Assembly: GCA_903945375.1 (NCBI GenBank)
Contig: CAJAVP010000036.1
Coordinates: forward strand, 18,659-82,658
Direction: 5' to 3'
DNA: 64,000 nt
DNA from: an uncultured Methylococcaceae bacterium
GTDB taxonomy: Bacteria; Pseudomonadota; Gammaproteobacteria; Methylococcales; Methylomonadaceae
The translations under genes were made by a program, and so were the position numbers. Positions within the stretch are counted from its first letter, which is position 1, and each line of letters begins with the position of its first letter. The notes under the pieces are model-generated. The model was not told the origin of the DNA, searched no databases, and was given only the letters and a program-made list of their open reading frames with translations. Shown here piece after piece: positions 46,769 through 58,503 of the stretch.

Positions 46769-47349
46769 GGCACAATTTGTTCACCCGAAGCCGAGTGCGA
46801 ATAAGGGGATTTAATGAAGTGTTCACGGTAATAGCGCAATTCTTCAACCGATTCGATAATATCATCGAGAGCTTGATGTTTACTTTCTTTGGTAAAACCG
46901 TCTTTAATTTCGGGTGCCCAACGTACAACCAATTCTTTGAGTGTAGAGACATCCAAATTTCGGTAATGGAAGTAGTCCTCTAATTGGGGCATATAGCGAC
47001 ACAGAAAACGTCGATCTTGCCCTATGCTGTTACCACAAATGGGTGAGGCTTTTTCGCCAACCCATTGTTTAAGAAAATTTAGGGTTAACTGTTCCGCTTC
47101 AGTTGTGGTGATATTTGAGGCTTTCACGCGATCAATCAGACCGGATTGACCGTGGTGTTTTTGATTCCAGTCGTCCATTGCTGCCAGACTTTCAGCGCTT
47201 TGATGAATGGCCAGAACCGGACCTTGTGCCAATATATTCAAGTCTTTGTCAGTGACTAGGGTGGCTATTTCAATAATTAAGTCTGTTTCAGGGTTTAAGC
47301 CTGTCATTTCCAAGTCAATCCAAATGAGATGTTGCTTGTCCTCTGTCAT
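46765..47349 (-). CDS. orn: Oligoribonuclease
   Basis: [41 protein letters not shown]. Confidence 0.97.
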   Translation of the reverse strand: MTEDKQHLIWIDLEMTGLNPETDLIIEIATLVTDKDLNILAQGPVLAIHQSAESLAAMDDWNQKHHGQSGLIDRVKASNITTTEAEQLTLNFLKQWVGEKASPICGNSIGQDRRFLCRYMPQLEDYFHYRNLDVSTLKELVVRWAPEIKDGFTKESKHQALDDIIESVEELRYYREHFIKSPYSHSASGEQIVP

Positions 47350-47450
47350 GGTGTTATTCCGTATTATTTAGGTCGTTGTATAAAGGGTTAGGGTTAGTGT
47401 AGCATTGGCTCATAAGCACGTCTAACCTTCAAACTTGTAGCACATTATTT

Positions 47451-48701
47451 ATGAATACTTTTTCTTATTTTTTTATTCTGGCATTGATGCTTTCACTGGG
47501 TATCGAGTTTTGGCTCGCCAAGCGTCAAGCGACCTATGTCAAAAATCATCGTGCCAATGTCCCCGATGCGTTTAAAACTCAAATTTCTTTGTCGGCTCAT
47601 CAAAAAGCGGCGGATTACACGATTGCCAAGGGTAAGTTAGGCGATATCGATCGTTTGATTGGTTTGTTTGCTCTGGTGTTATTGACCTTAGGCGGGGGGA
47701 TTAATTGGGCTTTTGCAAGTTGGGCGAGCTGGCTTGACTCGCCTTTCATGGCCGGACTTGCAGGGACGGCGACCGTTTTCTTATTGATGACGCTGGTGGA
47801 GATTCCGAGTAGTGTTTACCAAACTTTTGTGATTGAAGAGCAATTTGGTTTCAATAAAAGTAGTGTCCAGCAGTTTGTTAAAGATCATGTGTTGCAATTG
47901 GTCTTAGCCTCGGCGATTGGTTTGCCATTATTGGCGCTGATTTTATGGGTCATGGATAGTATTGGTTCGATGTGGTGGCTGGTCGCCTGGGTTATTTTAA
48001 TGAGTTTTTCTTTACTCATGAGTTGGCTTTATCCAACGGTGATTGCGCCATTGTTCAATACCTTTACGCCAATGGCGGACGGCGCGTTAAAAAATCGTAT
48101 TCAGGGCTTATTGACACGTTGTGGCTTTAACAGCCAAGGTATTTTTATCATGGATGGCTCTAAACGCTCAGGACATGGCAACGCGTATTTCACGGGCTTG
48201 GGCAATAATAAACGGATTGTATTTTTTGATAATTTAGTCAATTCCTTAGATGATGAAGAGTTGGAAGCGGTGTTGGCGCATGAGTTGGGGCATTTTAAAC
48301 ATAAGCATGTCATCAAAATGCTCATCGCGAGTTCCATTATGAGCTTAATAGGGTTTGCTGCTTTAGGCTGGTTAATTAATCAAGATTGGTTTTATACCGG
48401 CTTAGGGGTGGCGCTTGAACAAAAATCACCGGCAGCCGCTTTGTTGCTATTTATGCTGATTTCTTCAAGCTTTACGTTTTTCTTGCAACCGATTAGTGCT
48501 TATTTCCAGCGTCAGTTTGAATTTCAGGCGGATGATTTTGCCGCTAAAAATGCGGATGCGAAGAAAATGATTAGTGGTTTGGTTAAGTTGTATGAAGAAA
48601 ATGCTAGCACCTTAACGCCTGATCCGCTTTATTCCGCCTTTCATTACAGCCATCCACCGGCAACTATTCGTATCGCTCACTTAGAATCTAGTCTTAAATG
48701 A
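47451..48701 (+). CDS. M48 family (Ste24-like) membrane zinc metalloprotease
   Basis: MDGSKRS.HGNAYFTG, LAHELGH, E..ADDFA, YSHP. Confidence 0.93.
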   Translation: MNTFSYFFILALMLSLGIEFWLAKRQATYVKNHRANVPDAFKTQISLSAHQKAADYTIAKGKLGDIDRLIGLFALVLLTLGGGINWAFASWASWLDSPFMAGLAGTATVFLLMTLVEIPSSVYQTFVIEEQFGFNKSSVQQFVKDHVLQLVLASAIGLPLLALILWVMDSIGSMWWLVAWVILMSFSLLMSWLYPTVIAPLFNTFTPMADGALKNRIQGLLTRCGFNSQGIFIMDGSKRSGHGNAYFTGLGNNKRIVFFDNLVNSLDDEELEAVLAHELGHFKHKHVIKMLIASSIMSLIGFAALGWLINQDWFYTGLGVALEQKSPAAALLLFMLISSSFTFFLQPISAYFQRQFEFQADDFAAKNADAKKMISGLVKLYEENASTLTPDPLYSAFHYSHPPATIRIAHLESSLK

Positions 48702-49582
48702 GTGGCTTGCAGGAAGGTTTAGTGGTTGCCCATTTAGGGCAGGGCATTGCGGTTGAATTTGAGCAACGCATTTATTTATGTCAAACACGTCGAAAACTAG
48801 ACGTTGTGGCGGTGGGTGACAACGTGTTGTGGCTGCTTGCCGGCACGGATCAAGGGCGTATTGAAGAAATTTTGCCGCGTCGCTCGGTACTACTAAGGCC
48901 CGCGCGAGGTGAGAAAGCAAGACCGGTTGCGGCGAATATTGACACGGTTTTTGTGGTCTTTGCTGTTGAGCCCAGTTGTGATTTTTTATTATTAGATCAA
49001 TATCTGGCTGTTTGTGAAAACAGTAATATTAATGTGGCGTTGGTGCTGAATAAAACCGATTTGCCGCAATCCGAGGCCATAGAAGCAGAGTTACAGGTTT
49101 ATCAGGCATTAGGTTATGCCTTGCACCGAGTCTGCGCTCTCGGTGCAACATCGGCGGGTTTGCAGTCGCTAAAAGAAATTTTAACACATCAAGTTAGTAT
49201 TTTTACCGGTCAATCGGGGGTGGGTAAATCGTCGTTGACTAATGCAATTATTCCCGATAAGTCATTAAAAACAAATACGATTTCAGCAACGACCAAGCAT
49301 GGCCGACATACTACAACTGCGGCAACACTCTATCATTTACCAGAGGGCGGCGACTTGATTGATAGCCCGGGTGTGGCTATTTTCGGTTTAGCAGACCTGA
49401 CCGCTCAACAATTAGCACACGGCTACCGTGAATTTCAAACCTTAATGGATAGCTGTCGATTTAATGATTGTCGACATTGGCAAGATAAAGATTGTGCCAT
49501 TAGAGCGGCAGCGGAGCGGGGCGATATTGCGATGAGTCGTTATCAGCGTTTTTTAAAATTAAGAGAAAAGATGTCATTTTGA
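48698..49582 (+). CDS. rsgA: Small ribosomal subunit biogenesis GTPase RsgA
   Basis: NKTD, GQSGVGKSS, GRHTTT, DSPG, CRFNDC.H..D..C. Confidence 0.95.
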   Translation: MSGLQEGLVVAHLGQGIAVEFEQRIYLCQTRRKLDVVAVGDNVLWLLAGTDQGRIEEILPRRSVLLRPARGEKARPVAANIDTVFVVFAVEPSCDFLLLDQYLAVCENSNINVALVLNKTDLPQSEAIEAELQVYQALGYALHRVCALGATSAGLQSLKEILTHQVSIFTGQSGVGKSSLTNAIIPDKSLKTNTISATTKHGRHTTTAATLYHLPEGGDLIDSPGVAIFGLADLTAQQLAHGYREFQTLMDSCRFNDCRHWQDKDCAIRAAAERGDIAMSRYQRFLKLREKMSF

Positions 49583-49758
49583 GAATCGTAATTCTGTCTG
49601 CACTTAGGTCGTTTAAATATGCTTTTATTATCAATTGATTATGAGTTTAGTTGGTATTTTTTTAAATACCCTAGGCACTTTAATCAAGCAGTTAATCTCA
49701 ATAATGACTCATGTATAGGTTTGACGACACTGTGGTTTATCTATATCATTGCGCGGTT

Positions 49759-50286
49759 ATGTTAGATCGATTACCTCAATATATAGATCCTCTGCTATTA
49801 GCGGATAAACGCGGCAGTATTAAAGGACAAATAACCATCAAAAACTTCGATCGTTTGGCAGATATTCTGCATGACGACGCGGGGACTGTTGCTGTTGATC
49901 TTTTTTTCGGAAGAGCAGGGCGCTTGGCTTTTTGTGAAGGAGACATTCAAGCGGTATTGGCACTCAAATGTCAAAATTGTTTAGGATCTGTACCATGGCC
50001 AATAAGCAGCTCAGTAAAATTGGGTATTATTGGGTCAATCGATCAAGCAGATAAACTACCCGAAGATTATGAGCCGCTTTTAGTTAATGAAGAGGGGAGT
50101 GTTCTTCTAAAAGACCTGATTGAAGATGAGTTGTTGCTTTTGTTACCAGCCTTTCCGAAGCATGAACAGCGTTGTTTTTTATCAAATACTGATAGCAGTA
50201 AGCCAGATGATCTAACCGACAACTCGCCACTGTCTACTAATCCTTTTTCCATCTTAGCCAATTTTAAAAAATCTGGAGATTCCTAA
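49759..50286 (+). CDS. yceD: YceD/DUF177 family protein
   Basis: [24 protein letters not shown]; located immediately before rpmF. Confidence 0.88.
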   Translation: MLDRLPQYIDPLLLADKRGSIKGQITIKNFDRLADILHDDAGTVAVDLFFGRAGRLAFCEGDIQAVLALKCQNCLGSVPWPISSSVKLGIIGSIDQADKLPEDYEPLLVNEEGSVLLKDLIEDELLLLLPAFPKHEQRCFLSNTDSSKPDDLTDNSPLSTNPFSILANFKKSGDS

Positions 50287-50468
50287 TGGCCGTACAGAAA
50301 AGTAAAGTTACCCGTTCAAGACGCGGTCAGCGTCGTTCACATGATGCTTTGACTGCTAAAGCATTATCACAAGATCCTATGACTGGCGAAATGCACTTGC
50401 GCCACCACATGACCCCAGACGGTTATTTCAAAGGTCGTCAAATTGTAGGGGCTGTCGAAGAAGATTAA
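50286..50468 (+). CDS. rpmF: 50S ribosomal protein L32 (Zn-free C- type)
   Basis: [20 protein letters not shown]...HLRHH. Confidence 0.97.
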   Translation: MAVQKSKVTRSRRGQRRSHDALTAKALSQDPMTGEMHLRHHMTPDGYFKGRQIVGAVEED

Positions 50469-50671
50469 TTTCTTCTGGTCGAAGTTGCTTCTACTTCTTA
50501 AAGTTGATATTTCCACTATTCATTCCATAGTAAAGTTAATGTCCGATTTTGGCTTATCGCCTTCGGCAATAAGATTTAGCGTTGAAGGTGTTTTGCTGTG
50601 TTTCTGGCATTGCCTTCTGCTTGATCAACAATATCCTGTTTTTTATCCTAACGGCGGAGCTAGCAGTCAGC

Positions 50672-51700
50672 GTGAGTTTAACAATTTCGATTGATGCAAT
50701 GGGCGGAGATTTTGGCCTCGATGTGACCATTCCCGCATCGTTGGATTGCTTAAGGGCTAATACTGAACTTAACCTAATCTTAGTGGGAGATCAGGAGCAG
50801 CTTAAGCCGCGATTAGCTTCGGCATTGGTTGATTTTGCCGGTCGGCTTAGCATACACCATGCGTCTGAATGTGTTGGGATGGACGAATCTCCCTCTAAGG
50901 CACTGAAAAATAAAAAAGATTCCTCTATGCGGGTGGCAATCAATTTGGTTCGTGATGGATGCGCCGATGCCTGTGTCAGTGCTGGTAATACTGGGGCATT
51001 AATGGCAACGGCACGTTTTGTCTTAAAAATGATTCCAGGTATTGATCGACCCGCGATTATTTCGACCTTGCCCTCAATTTTTGGACATACCCACGTGTTG
51101 GATTTAGGTGCTAATGTCGATTGTACCGCTGAGCATCTATTTCAATTTGCCGTGATGGGCGTTGAAGTGGTTAAAGCCGTTGAAAACATTGAAAATCCTA
51201 AAGTAGGCTTGCTGAATATTGGTGAAGAGGATGTTAAAGGTAACGAGCAAGTAAAATCAGCCGCCAAATTGTTGGAAAATTCTTCTTTGAACTACATCGG
51301 TTTTGTTGAAGGCGATTCGTTGACAGCCGGTCATGTTAAAGTTGATTTGATTGTTGCAGATGGTTTTGTCGGTAATGTAGCACTGAAGGCAATTGAGGGA
51401 ACCGCAAAAATGATTGGCTCTGTTTTAAGGGACGCTTTTGGTAAAAATTTGTTGACGCGAGTTGCAGGACTGATTGTTTATCCTGTACTTAAATCATTTA
51501 AAAATCGAATTGATCCTCGCAAGTACAATGGAGCTAGTTTCTTAGGATTACGGGGTTTAGTTATCAAAAGTCACGGCGGCGCTGATGTGTTGGCATTCAA
51601 GACGGCGATTCAATTGGCTGAGTGTGAAATTAAAATGGATGTGATAAAAAAAATCAGTGAGCAGGTTGAAACAAGCCTAGCATTAAGAGAATGCGTATGA
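50672..51700 (+). CDS. plsX: Phosphate acyltransferase PlsX
   Basis: [33 protein letters not shown]; GTG start at 50672. Confidence 0.96.
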   Translation: MSLTISIDAMGGDFGLDVTIPASLDCLRANTELNLILVGDQEQLKPRLASALVDFAGRLSIHHASECVGMDESPSKALKNKKDSSMRVAINLVRDGCADACVSAGNTGALMATARFVLKMIPGIDRPAIISTLPSIFGHTHVLDLGANVDCTAEHLFQFAVMGVEVVKAVENIENPKVGLLNIGEEDVKGNEQVKSAAKLLENSSLNYIGFVEGDSLTAGHVKVDLIVADGFVGNVALKAIEGTAKMIGSVLRDAFGKNLLTRVAGLIVYPVLKSFKNRIDPRKYNGASFLGLRGLVIKSHGGADVLAFKTAIQLAECEIKMDVIKKISEQVETSLALRECV

Positions 51701-52662
51701 GCTGTTATTCGAGCATCATCGGTACGGGGGGGTATTTACCGGAAGAGATTCGCACTAACGAAGATATTTCCCACACCGTCGATACCTCAGATAGTTGGAT
51801 TGTTGAGCGTACTGGTATCAAAAGTCGGCGTATTGCCGCGAAGCATGAAACAGCGTCTAGTATGGCAGAAATTGCAGCGAGGCAAGCGATTGCAATGGCC
51901 GGTTGTGAGCCCGATGCGATTGATCTGATTATTGTGGCAACGGGTACACCTGATCGAATTTACCCGAGTACGGGGTGCTTGCTACAACAGCGATTAGGTA
52001 TTAAAAACTGCGTCGCTTTTGATATACAGGCCGCTTGTTCAGGTTCAATCTTTGCCTTGAGTATTGCCGATCAATACATTAAATCCGGTGCAGCAAAAAA
52101 AGTTTTAGTGGTGGGAACGGAGATTTGTTCTCGGATTGTTGATTGGACGGATCGCAGTACATGTATTTTATTTGGTGATGGTGCTGGCGCGGTGTTGTTG
52201 GCGGCATCAACAGAACAAGGTATTTTGTCCACGCATATTCATTCTGATGGTGAATTTGAGGACTTGCTATATTGCCCCAATCCTCAAGTCGCCGCTGATC
52301 AAAATGCCGAATCAGCGTATATCACGATGCGTGGCAACGAAGTGTTTAAAGTGGCGGTGAATACTTTAGGGCGTATTGTCGATGAGACGCTTGAAGCCAA
52401 TGGTATGGACAAATCTGAGATTGATTGGCTCGTTCCGCATCAAGCCAATATCCGTATTATCGCGGCAACAGCAAAGAAATTAAAAATGTCTATGGATCAG
52501 GTGGTGGTCACACTTGAAAGTCAGGGCAATACCTCTTCTGCCTCCGTATTGCTCGCATTTAATGAAGCCGTACGCGATGGTCGTATTCAACGCGGGCAAG
52601 TTGTTTTGCTGGAAGCTTTTGGCGCAGGATTCACTTGGGGTTCTGCATTAATCAGATACTAA
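51697..52662 (+). CDS. fabH: 3-oxoacyl-ACP synthase III
   Basis: [28 protein letters not shown]. Confidence 0.97.
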   Translation: MSCYSSIIGTGGYLPEEIRTNEDISHTVDTSDSWIVERTGIKSRRIAAKHETASSMAEIAARQAIAMAGCEPDAIDLIIVATGTPDRIYPSTGCLLQQRLGIKNCVAFDIQAACSGSIFALSIADQYIKSGAAKKVLVVGTEICSRIVDWTDRSTCILFGDGAGAVLLAASTEQGILSTHIHSDGEFEDLLYCPNPQVAADQNAESAYITMRGNEVFKVAVNTLGRIVDETLEANGMDKSEIDWLVPHQANIRIIAATAKKLKMSMDQVVVTLESQGNTSSASVLLAFNEAVRDGRIQRGQVVLLEAFGAGFTWGSALIRY

Positions 52663-52677
52663 ACCTACAATGTTGTG

Positions 52678-53628
52678 ATGAGTAATCAGATTTATAATTT
52701 AGCTTTTGTGTTTCCAGGGCAAGGTTCCCAATCGGTGGGCATGTTATCCGATTTGGCGAGTAGCTACCCTGAGATTAAACAGACGTTTGAGCAGGCTTCA
52801 GATGTTTTGAGTATTGATTTATGGAAGATTATAACCGACGACCCTAATAAGCAACTCGATCAAACGCAAAATACCCAACCTGCGATGTTGGCAGCGGGTT
52901 ATGCCGTTTGGCAACTGTGGTGCAAATTGAGTTTAGTGCGTCCAGCATGGATGGCAGGGCATAGCTTGGGTGAGTATACGAGTTTAGTGTGCGCCGAGGC
53001 TTTATCTTTTGAACAGGGCATTAAGCTGGTCGCCGCAAGAGCTCGATTAATGCAGAATGCTATCCCTGAAGGCGTAGGGGCAATGGCGGCTATTTTGGGG
53101 CTTGAAGACCATCAGGTTGTCAATCTTTGTACTGAGGTTTCAGGCGATGAAAAGGTTTTTGCTGCGAATTTTAACGCGCCAGGGCAGGTGGTCGTTGCTG
53201 GTCATGTTGCGGCTGTTGAGCGTCTTATGGTCGCCGCAAAAGCAGCCGGTGCTAAACGTGCCTTATTAATACCGGTTAGTGTGTTGTCGCATTGTCCTTT
53301 AATGACGGCAGCGGCGGAAGAGCTGGAGTATTATTTGCAAGAAACTGTTGTTGCATCGCCCAAAATAACACTGATTCATAATGCCGATGTGGCCTCTCAT
53401 AATTCACCCAAAGTCATAAAAAATGTTCTGAGAGATCAATTGTTTAAACCCGTGCGTTGGGTTGATAGTATCAAATTCATGAACGATCAAGGGGTGAGCT
53501 GTTTTGTAGAATGCGGTCCAGGTAAAGTTTTATTGGGTTTAAATAAACGTATTGCCAAGTCTGCCCAACATTTTGCTCTATTCGATACAGAAACCTTTAA
53601 TCAACTGTTGGAACATATAAATGGATAA
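52678..53628 (+). CDS. fabD: Malonyl-CoA:ACP transacylase
   Basis: FPGQGSQ, TQPA, GHSLGEY, ANFN.PGQ.V. Confidence 0.97.
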   Translation: MSNQIYNLAFVFPGQGSQSVGMLSDLASSYPEIKQTFEQASDVLSIDLWKIITDDPNKQLDQTQNTQPAMLAAGYAVWQLWCKLSLVRPAWMAGHSLGEYTSLVCAEALSFEQGIKLVAARARLMQNAIPEGVGAMAAILGLEDHQVVNLCTEVSGDEKVFAANFNAPGQVVVAGHVAAVERLMVAAKAAGAKRALLIPVSVLSHCPLMTAAAEELEYYLQETVVASPKITLIHNADVASHNSPKVIKNVLRDQLFKPVRWVDSIKFMNDQGVSCFVECGPGKVLLGLNKRIAKSAQHFALFDTETFNQLLEHING

Positions 53629-54349
53629 ACACATTGCGCTTGTTACAGGAGCCAGCCGTGGTATTGGCAAAGCGATTGCTGAAAAATTGGCACAGGATGG
53701 TTTTTTTGTCATTGGTACGGCAACATCAGAGTCTGGTGCTGAGGCAATCTCTACCTACTTAGCAGATAACGGTCATGGCATTACGCTTGATGTGGCTAAT
53801 GGCGAATCCATTGATAATGTTATTAATGCAATCAATGAGCAATTTGGCGTGCCGACAGTGCTTGTCAATAATGCCGGTATTACCCGTGATAATTTATTAA
53901 TGCGTATGAAGGATTCTGAATGGGATGACATCATCAATACCAATCTGACATCCGTTTTTCGTATGAGTAAAGCCGTGTTACGCGGCATGATGAAGGCAAG
54001 ACAGGGGCGTATTATTAATATTTCTTCTGTTGTTGGGGTGACGGGCAATGCCGGTCAAGCCAATTATTCGGCAGCAAAAGCGGGCATGATTGGTTTTTCC
54101 AAATCAATGGCCAAGGAAGTCGGATCACGTAATATCACGATAAATACCGTTGCTCCTGGCTTTATTGAAACAGATATGACCAGAGAATTAAGCGACAACA
54201 TAAAAAATGGCTTATTGGCAGCAATTCCCCTCGCACGATTAGGGACTGCCCAAGAAGTCGCCCATGCGGTTGCTTTTTTAGCATCAGAACAGGCCGCTTA
54301 CATAACAGGAGAAACTCTCCATGTTAATGGCGGCATGTTTATGCCTTAA
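53621..54349 (+). CDS. fabG: 3-oxoacyl-ACP reductase
   Basis: TGASRGIG, NNAGITRD, YSAAK. Confidence 0.97.
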   Translation: MDKHIALVTGASRGIGKAIAEKLAQDGFFVIGTATSESGAEAISTYLADNGHGITLDVANGESIDNVINAINEQFGVPTVLVNNAGITRDNLLMRMKDSEWDDIINTNLTSVFRMSKAVLRGMMKARQGRIINISSVVGVTGNAGQANYSAAKAGMIGFSKSMAKEVGSRNITINTVAPGFIETDMTRELSDNIKNGLLAAIPLARLGTAQEVAHAVAFLASEQAAYITGETLHVNGGMFMP

Positions 54350-54351
54350 TA

Positions 54352-54381
54352 TTGTGACATTATTGTAATATAAAGTATAAT
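54352..54381 (+). promoter_or_regulatory. Possible sigma-70 promoter for acpP
   Basis: Perfect TATAAT at 54376-54381 with a weak TTGTGA/GTGACA -35. Confidence 0.35.
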
Positions 54382-54481
54382 TCCGCACCGTCTGGAAGTG
54401 CCGGAGACGGGATTTCTAGTAACACTATAACGATACTTTTGTAAGTCAGATTAAAACTTACAATGTTTGAGGATAATAATT

Positions 54482-54712
54482 ATGAGTAATATTGAAGAAC
54501 GGGTAAAAAAGATTGTTGCGGAGCAACTGGGTGTTAAGGAAGACATTGCAACAGATGCTTCTTTTGTTGATGATCTTGGTGCTGATTCTCTGGATACAGT
54601 AGAACTCGTGATGGCTCTTGAAGAAGAATTTGAGTGTGAAATTCCAGATGAAGATGCTGAGAAAATCACTACAGTTCAACAAGCTATCGACTACGTAGAA
54701 AAAAACGTTTAA
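54482..54712 (+). CDS. acpP: Acyl carrier protein
   Basis: [20 protein letters not shown]. Confidence 0.98.
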   Translation: MSNIEERVKKIVAEQLGVKEDIATDASFVDDLGADSLDTVELVMALEEEFECEIPDEDAEKITTVQQAIDYVEKNV

Positions 54713-54785
54713 TGCCCCGTTTAGTGGGTGGCTTCTGTTCATCCACTAAAACACTCCCCCTTTAACTCTTCCTTTTTCACGGTAC

Positions 54786-56036
54786 ATGACATTGAGCAAG
54801 CGCCGAGTTGTAATAACTGGATTAGGTGCCGTAACACCCTTAGCTAACACGGTCTCTGAAACTTGGGACGGAATCATTAACGGCAAAAGCGGTATTGGTC
54901 CAATCGAATCATTTAATATTTCACCCTTTGCTACGACATTTGGTGGCGTTATCAGAAATTTTGATATAACCCGCTATATTTCTGACAAAAACGCCAAACG
55001 GATGGATGGTTTTATTCATTATGGCTTAGCCGCAGGTTGTCAAGCGATTGACGATTCCGGTTTTGAAGTAACAGAAGCCAATGCAGAAAGAATTGGTGTC
55101 GCGATTGGTTCAGGGATTGGGGGAATTACGGGTATTGAAGAATGCTTTGCGGTTTACGAAAAGGGTGGGCCGCGTCGCATTTCGCCTTTTTTTGTACCTG
55201 GAAACATTATTAATATGATTTCAGGCAACCTTTCCATTCAGTATGGTTTAAAAGGCCCTAATTACGCAATAGTAACTGCTTGTGCAACAGGAACGCATAA
55301 TATTGGCGATGCTGCACGTCTCATTATGTATAACGATGCGGACATTATGGTTGCGGGTGGTGCGGAGCGTTGTACAACATCACCAACCGCGATGGGCGGA
55401 TTTGCATCCGCTAAAGCCTTGTCCCGTCGTAATGAGAATCCTCAGGCAGCGAGTCGGCCTTGGGATAGAGATCGTGATGGATTTGTGTTAAGTGATGGTG
55501 CCGGGGTTGTGGTGCTTGAAGAACTGGAGCATGCCAAAGCACGAGGCGCAAAAATTTATGCAGAGTTAGTGGGTTTTGGTATGAGTGGCGACGCTTATCA
55601 CATTACCACACCGTCCGAAGGTGGCGAGGGTGCTGCGCGTTGTATGCGTAATGCTTTGCGTGATGCTGGCATTAATGCCGATCAAGTCGATTACATTAAT
55701 GCGCACGGAACCTCCACACCCGCAGGTGATTTGGGCGAGACTTTTGCCATGAAAGCCGCTTTGGGCGATCATGCTTACAGGGTTGCCGTTAGTTCTACCA
55801 AGTCCATGATTGGTCATTTATTAGGTGCCGCCGGCGGTATCGAAGCGGTTTTAACGGCATTGAGCTTAAAACATCAAATTGCGCCACCGACCATCAATTT
55901 GGAAAATCAAGATCCAGAATGTGATCTTGATTATGTTCCCAATATCGCTCGAGATATGAAAATCAATGTGGCCTTATCTAATTCGTTCGGTTTTGGCGGA
56001 ACGAATGGAACTCTAGTCTTTAAGCGTTACGAGTAG
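54786..56036 (+). CDS. fabF: 3-oxoacyl-ACP synthase II
   Basis: [27 protein letters not shown]. Confidence 0.97.
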   Translation: MTLSKRRVVITGLGAVTPLANTVSETWDGIINGKSGIGPIESFNISPFATTFGGVIRNFDITRYISDKNAKRMDGFIHYGLAAGCQAIDDSGFEVTEANAERIGVAIGSGIGGITGIEECFAVYEKGGPRRISPFFVPGNIINMISGNLSIQYGLKGPNYAIVTACATGTHNIGDAARLIMYNDADIMVAGGAERCTTSPTAMGGFASAKALSRRNENPQAASRPWDRDRDGFVLSDGAGVVVLEELEHAKARGAKIYAELVGFGMSGDAYHITTPSEGGEGAARCMRNALRDAGINADQVDYINAHGTSTPAGDLGETFAMKAALGDHAYRVAVSSTKSMIGHLLGAAGGIEAVLTALSLKHQIAPPTINLENQDPECDLDYVPNIARDMKINVALSNSFGFGGTNGTLVFKRYE

Positions 56037-56055
56037 TCCTGTTCTAAGTATTTAA

Positions 56056-56892
56056 ATGTTTCTCGTCAACGGTGAATGCAGGTCTCAGATTGATATCAGT
56101 GATCGTGGCCTGCAATACGGTGACGGCTTATTTGAAACCATCGCAGTCCATAATTACCAACCTATTTTTTGGCAAGACCATTTCAATCGTTTGCAAGCAG
56201 GCTGTTTGCGTTTGCGGCTGCCTGTTCCTGATTCAGACATCCTTTTGGCGGAAGTCAATCAGCTCTGTTCACAATCCAATTTTGCCCATTTAGCCGTTCT
56301 TAAACTGATGATTACTCGAGGTTCGGGTGGGCGAGGCTATCGTCAGCCAGATCCTGTTTTGCCTACACGCATTCTTAGTTTACATCCCTATCCGGATTAT
56401 CCAGCCCATTTTCAATCAGAAGGTATTGTCGCGCGATTTTGTGAGGCGCGATTGGCTATAAATCCCTTATTAGCCGGTCTTAAGCACCTGAATCGTTTAG
56501 AGCAGGTTCTAGCGCGTGCAGAATGGCAAAATACGGCTATTCAGGAGGGTATTATGCTAAATGTTCATGGCTGGGTTATTGAAGGAACCATGACTAATCT
56601 TTTTTATGTCAAAGCGGGCATCTTATACACAGCTATTCTTGACGAGTCAGGGATTTTGGGCATTATGCGACAAAAAATCATCGAATTATCCCGTCAAAAT
56701 GGACTTCATGTTTGCGAACAGCGTTACACTCAAATCGATTTATTCAGTGCGGATGAGGTTTTTTTTAGCAATTCCTTGATAGGTATTTGGCCAGTCAAAC
56801 AAATTGACCGGCACATGTTTGCCGTTGGTATTATCACTAAGCAGCTTATTCTATGGCTTCAGCAGTTACATGAGGCTGACCGTGCACTTTAA
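56056..56892 (+). CDS. pabC: Aminodeoxychorismate lyase
   Basis: DRGLQYGDGLFET, GLKHLNRLEQVL, EGTMTNLF. Confidence 0.95.
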   Translation: MFLVNGECRSQIDISDRGLQYGDGLFETIAVHNYQPIFWQDHFNRLQAGCLRLRLPVPDSDILLAEVNQLCSQSNFAHLAVLKLMITRGSGGRGYRQPDPVLPTRILSLHPYPDYPAHFQSEGIVARFCEARLAINPLLAGLKHLNRLEQVLARAEWQNTAIQEGIMLNVHGWVIEGTMTNLFYVKAGILYTAILDESGILGIMRQKIIELSRQNGLHVCEQRYTQIDLFSADEVFFSNSLIGIWPVKQIDRHMFAVGIITKQLILWLQQLHEADRAL

Positions 56893-57883
56893 AAAAGTAG
56901 TGGGTATTTTGATTGTTAGTGTTATTTTTACGAGCATAGTAACGGGCGTTGGTTTTTATTATGCCGTGCATATTCCCATTGTGAATCAATCAATTGTGTC
57001 AGTAGACATCGAAAAAGGGGATTCATTTAATCGTATTATCGAAAAATTGCGAGAGCAAGGACTGCCGATTCAACCCTTTTTGTTTAAGCTACTCGCCCTT
57101 TCGAATAACAGCTATAAAAAAATAAAAACAGGTGAATATCAGTTCGATAAGGGGTTGAACTTGCAAGGTATCTTGTCGCAACTGGTGCAAGGTAAGACCA
57201 AACGCTACGGCATCACATTTCCAGAAGGTTGGACTTTTAAGCAAATGCTCCAGAAAATTGCCAGTAATCCCAGCTTACAGCATACCTTGCCAGCAATGAA
57301 TGATCCGGCTTTTACCGCAAAATTAGGTTTGGAGTACAGTCATCCTGAAGGGGGATTTTTCCCTGATACCTATTTTTTTGACAAACAGACGACAGACGTA
57401 GCGTTGTTGAAACGGGCGCAGCTAAAAATGCAAACGATTTTACAGCAGGAATGGCAAAATAAAGCCGATAATCTGCCGTTTAAAACACCTTATGAAGCCT
57501 TGATATTGGCTTCGATTGTAGAAAAGGAAACAGCGGCGAGTGAAGAACGCCCTAAGATAGCGGGCGTTTTTATTGAACGGCTCAACCAAGCGATGCCTTT
57601 GCAAACGGATCCGACCGTGATTTACGGTATGGGTGATAGTTATGCGGGTGATATTAAAAGCAAAGATTTGCTCACCGTTACGCCTTACAATACCTATGTC
57701 ATTAAAGGCTTACCACCAACGCCCATTGCCATGCCCGGTCGAGCGGCGATTTCGGCGGTGTTGCATCCTGAACGAGGCCACTGGCTTTACTTTGTGGCAA
57801 GAGGAGACGGAACGCATGTTTTTTCGTCAACCTTGGCTGAACATAATGCGGCTGTCGAAACTTATCAAAGGAATAAACCATGA
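56870..57883 (+). CDS. mltG: Endolytic transglycosylase MltG
   Basis: ITFPEG, EG.FFPDTY, LASIVEKE, LQTDPTVIYG, YNTY...GLPPTPI; exact start uncertain. Confidence 0.93.
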   Translation: MRLTVHFKKVVGILIVSVIFTSIVTGVGFYYAVHIPIVNQSIVSVDIEKGDSFNRIIEKLREQGLPIQPFLFKLLALSNNSYKKIKTGEYQFDKGLNLQGILSQLVQGKTKRYGITFPEGWTFKQMLQKIASNPSLQHTLPAMNDPAFTAKLGLEYSHPEGGFFPDTYFFDKQTTDVALLKRAQLKMQTILQQEWQNKADNLPFKTPYEALILASIVEKETAASEERPKIAGVFIERLNQAMPLQTDPTVIYGMGDSYAGDIKSKDLLTVTPYNTYVIKGLPPTPIAMPGRAAISAVLHPERGHWLYFVARGDGTHVFSSTLAEHNAAVETYQRNKP

Positions 57884-58503
57884 AATGCGGAAAATTTATA
57901 ACACTGGAAGGCGGCGAGGGGGTTGGCAAGTCAACTAATTTAGCGTTTATCAAAACACATTTAGAGCAACATTCCATTCCGGTGGTCGTTACACGCGAAC
58001 CGGGTGGCACGTATCTCGCCGAAAAAATTCGCAATCTCTTATTAGATAACGAAAGCGAGAAGCTGACCGAGACGGCAGAATTACTCCTTATGTTTGCGGC
58101 GCGTTCTCAGCATATAAAACATGTGATTGAGCCGGCTTTAGCCGCTGGTAACTGGGTCTTGTGCGACCGCTTTACGGATGCGTCCTATGCCTATCAGGGG
58201 GGGGGTAGAAGTATGAAAGCGAGTGCGATTGAATGGCTAGAACACTTTGTGCAAGGTGCATTACGTCCTGATTTAACCTTGCTGCTAGATGCGCCGGTCG
58301 ACGTGGGGATTGAGCGAGCCAGACAACGGGGGCAGTTTGATCGTTTTGAAATGGAACAAAACACTTTTTTTGAACGGGTTAGACGCGCTTACTTATTGCA
58401 AATGGAGCTAAACCCAGAGCGCATCAAGCTAATTAAGGCAAATCAACCTTTAGGTGATGTACAGCGCAGCATTGCAGATGCCCTGCGGGTTTTCTTAAAA
58501 TGA
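57880..58503 (+). CDS. tmk: Thymidylate kinase
   Basis: EGGEGVGKST, REPGG, DRFTDASYAYQG. Confidence 0.97.
   Translation: MKCGKFITLEGGEGVGKSTNLAFIKTHLEQHSIPVVVTREPGGTYLAEKIRNLLLDNESEKLTETAELLLMFAARSQHIKHVIEPALAAGNWVLCDRFTDASYAYQGGGRSMKASAIEWLEHFVQGALRPDLTLLLDAPVDVGIERARQRGQFDRFEMEQNTFFERVRRAYLLQMELNPERIKLIKANQPLGDVQRSIADALRVFLK

Noticed and set aside
46768-46850. Fluoride riboswitch expected ahead of crcB
   Set aside because: crcB overlaps the orn stop codon; there is no leader space and no motif was seen
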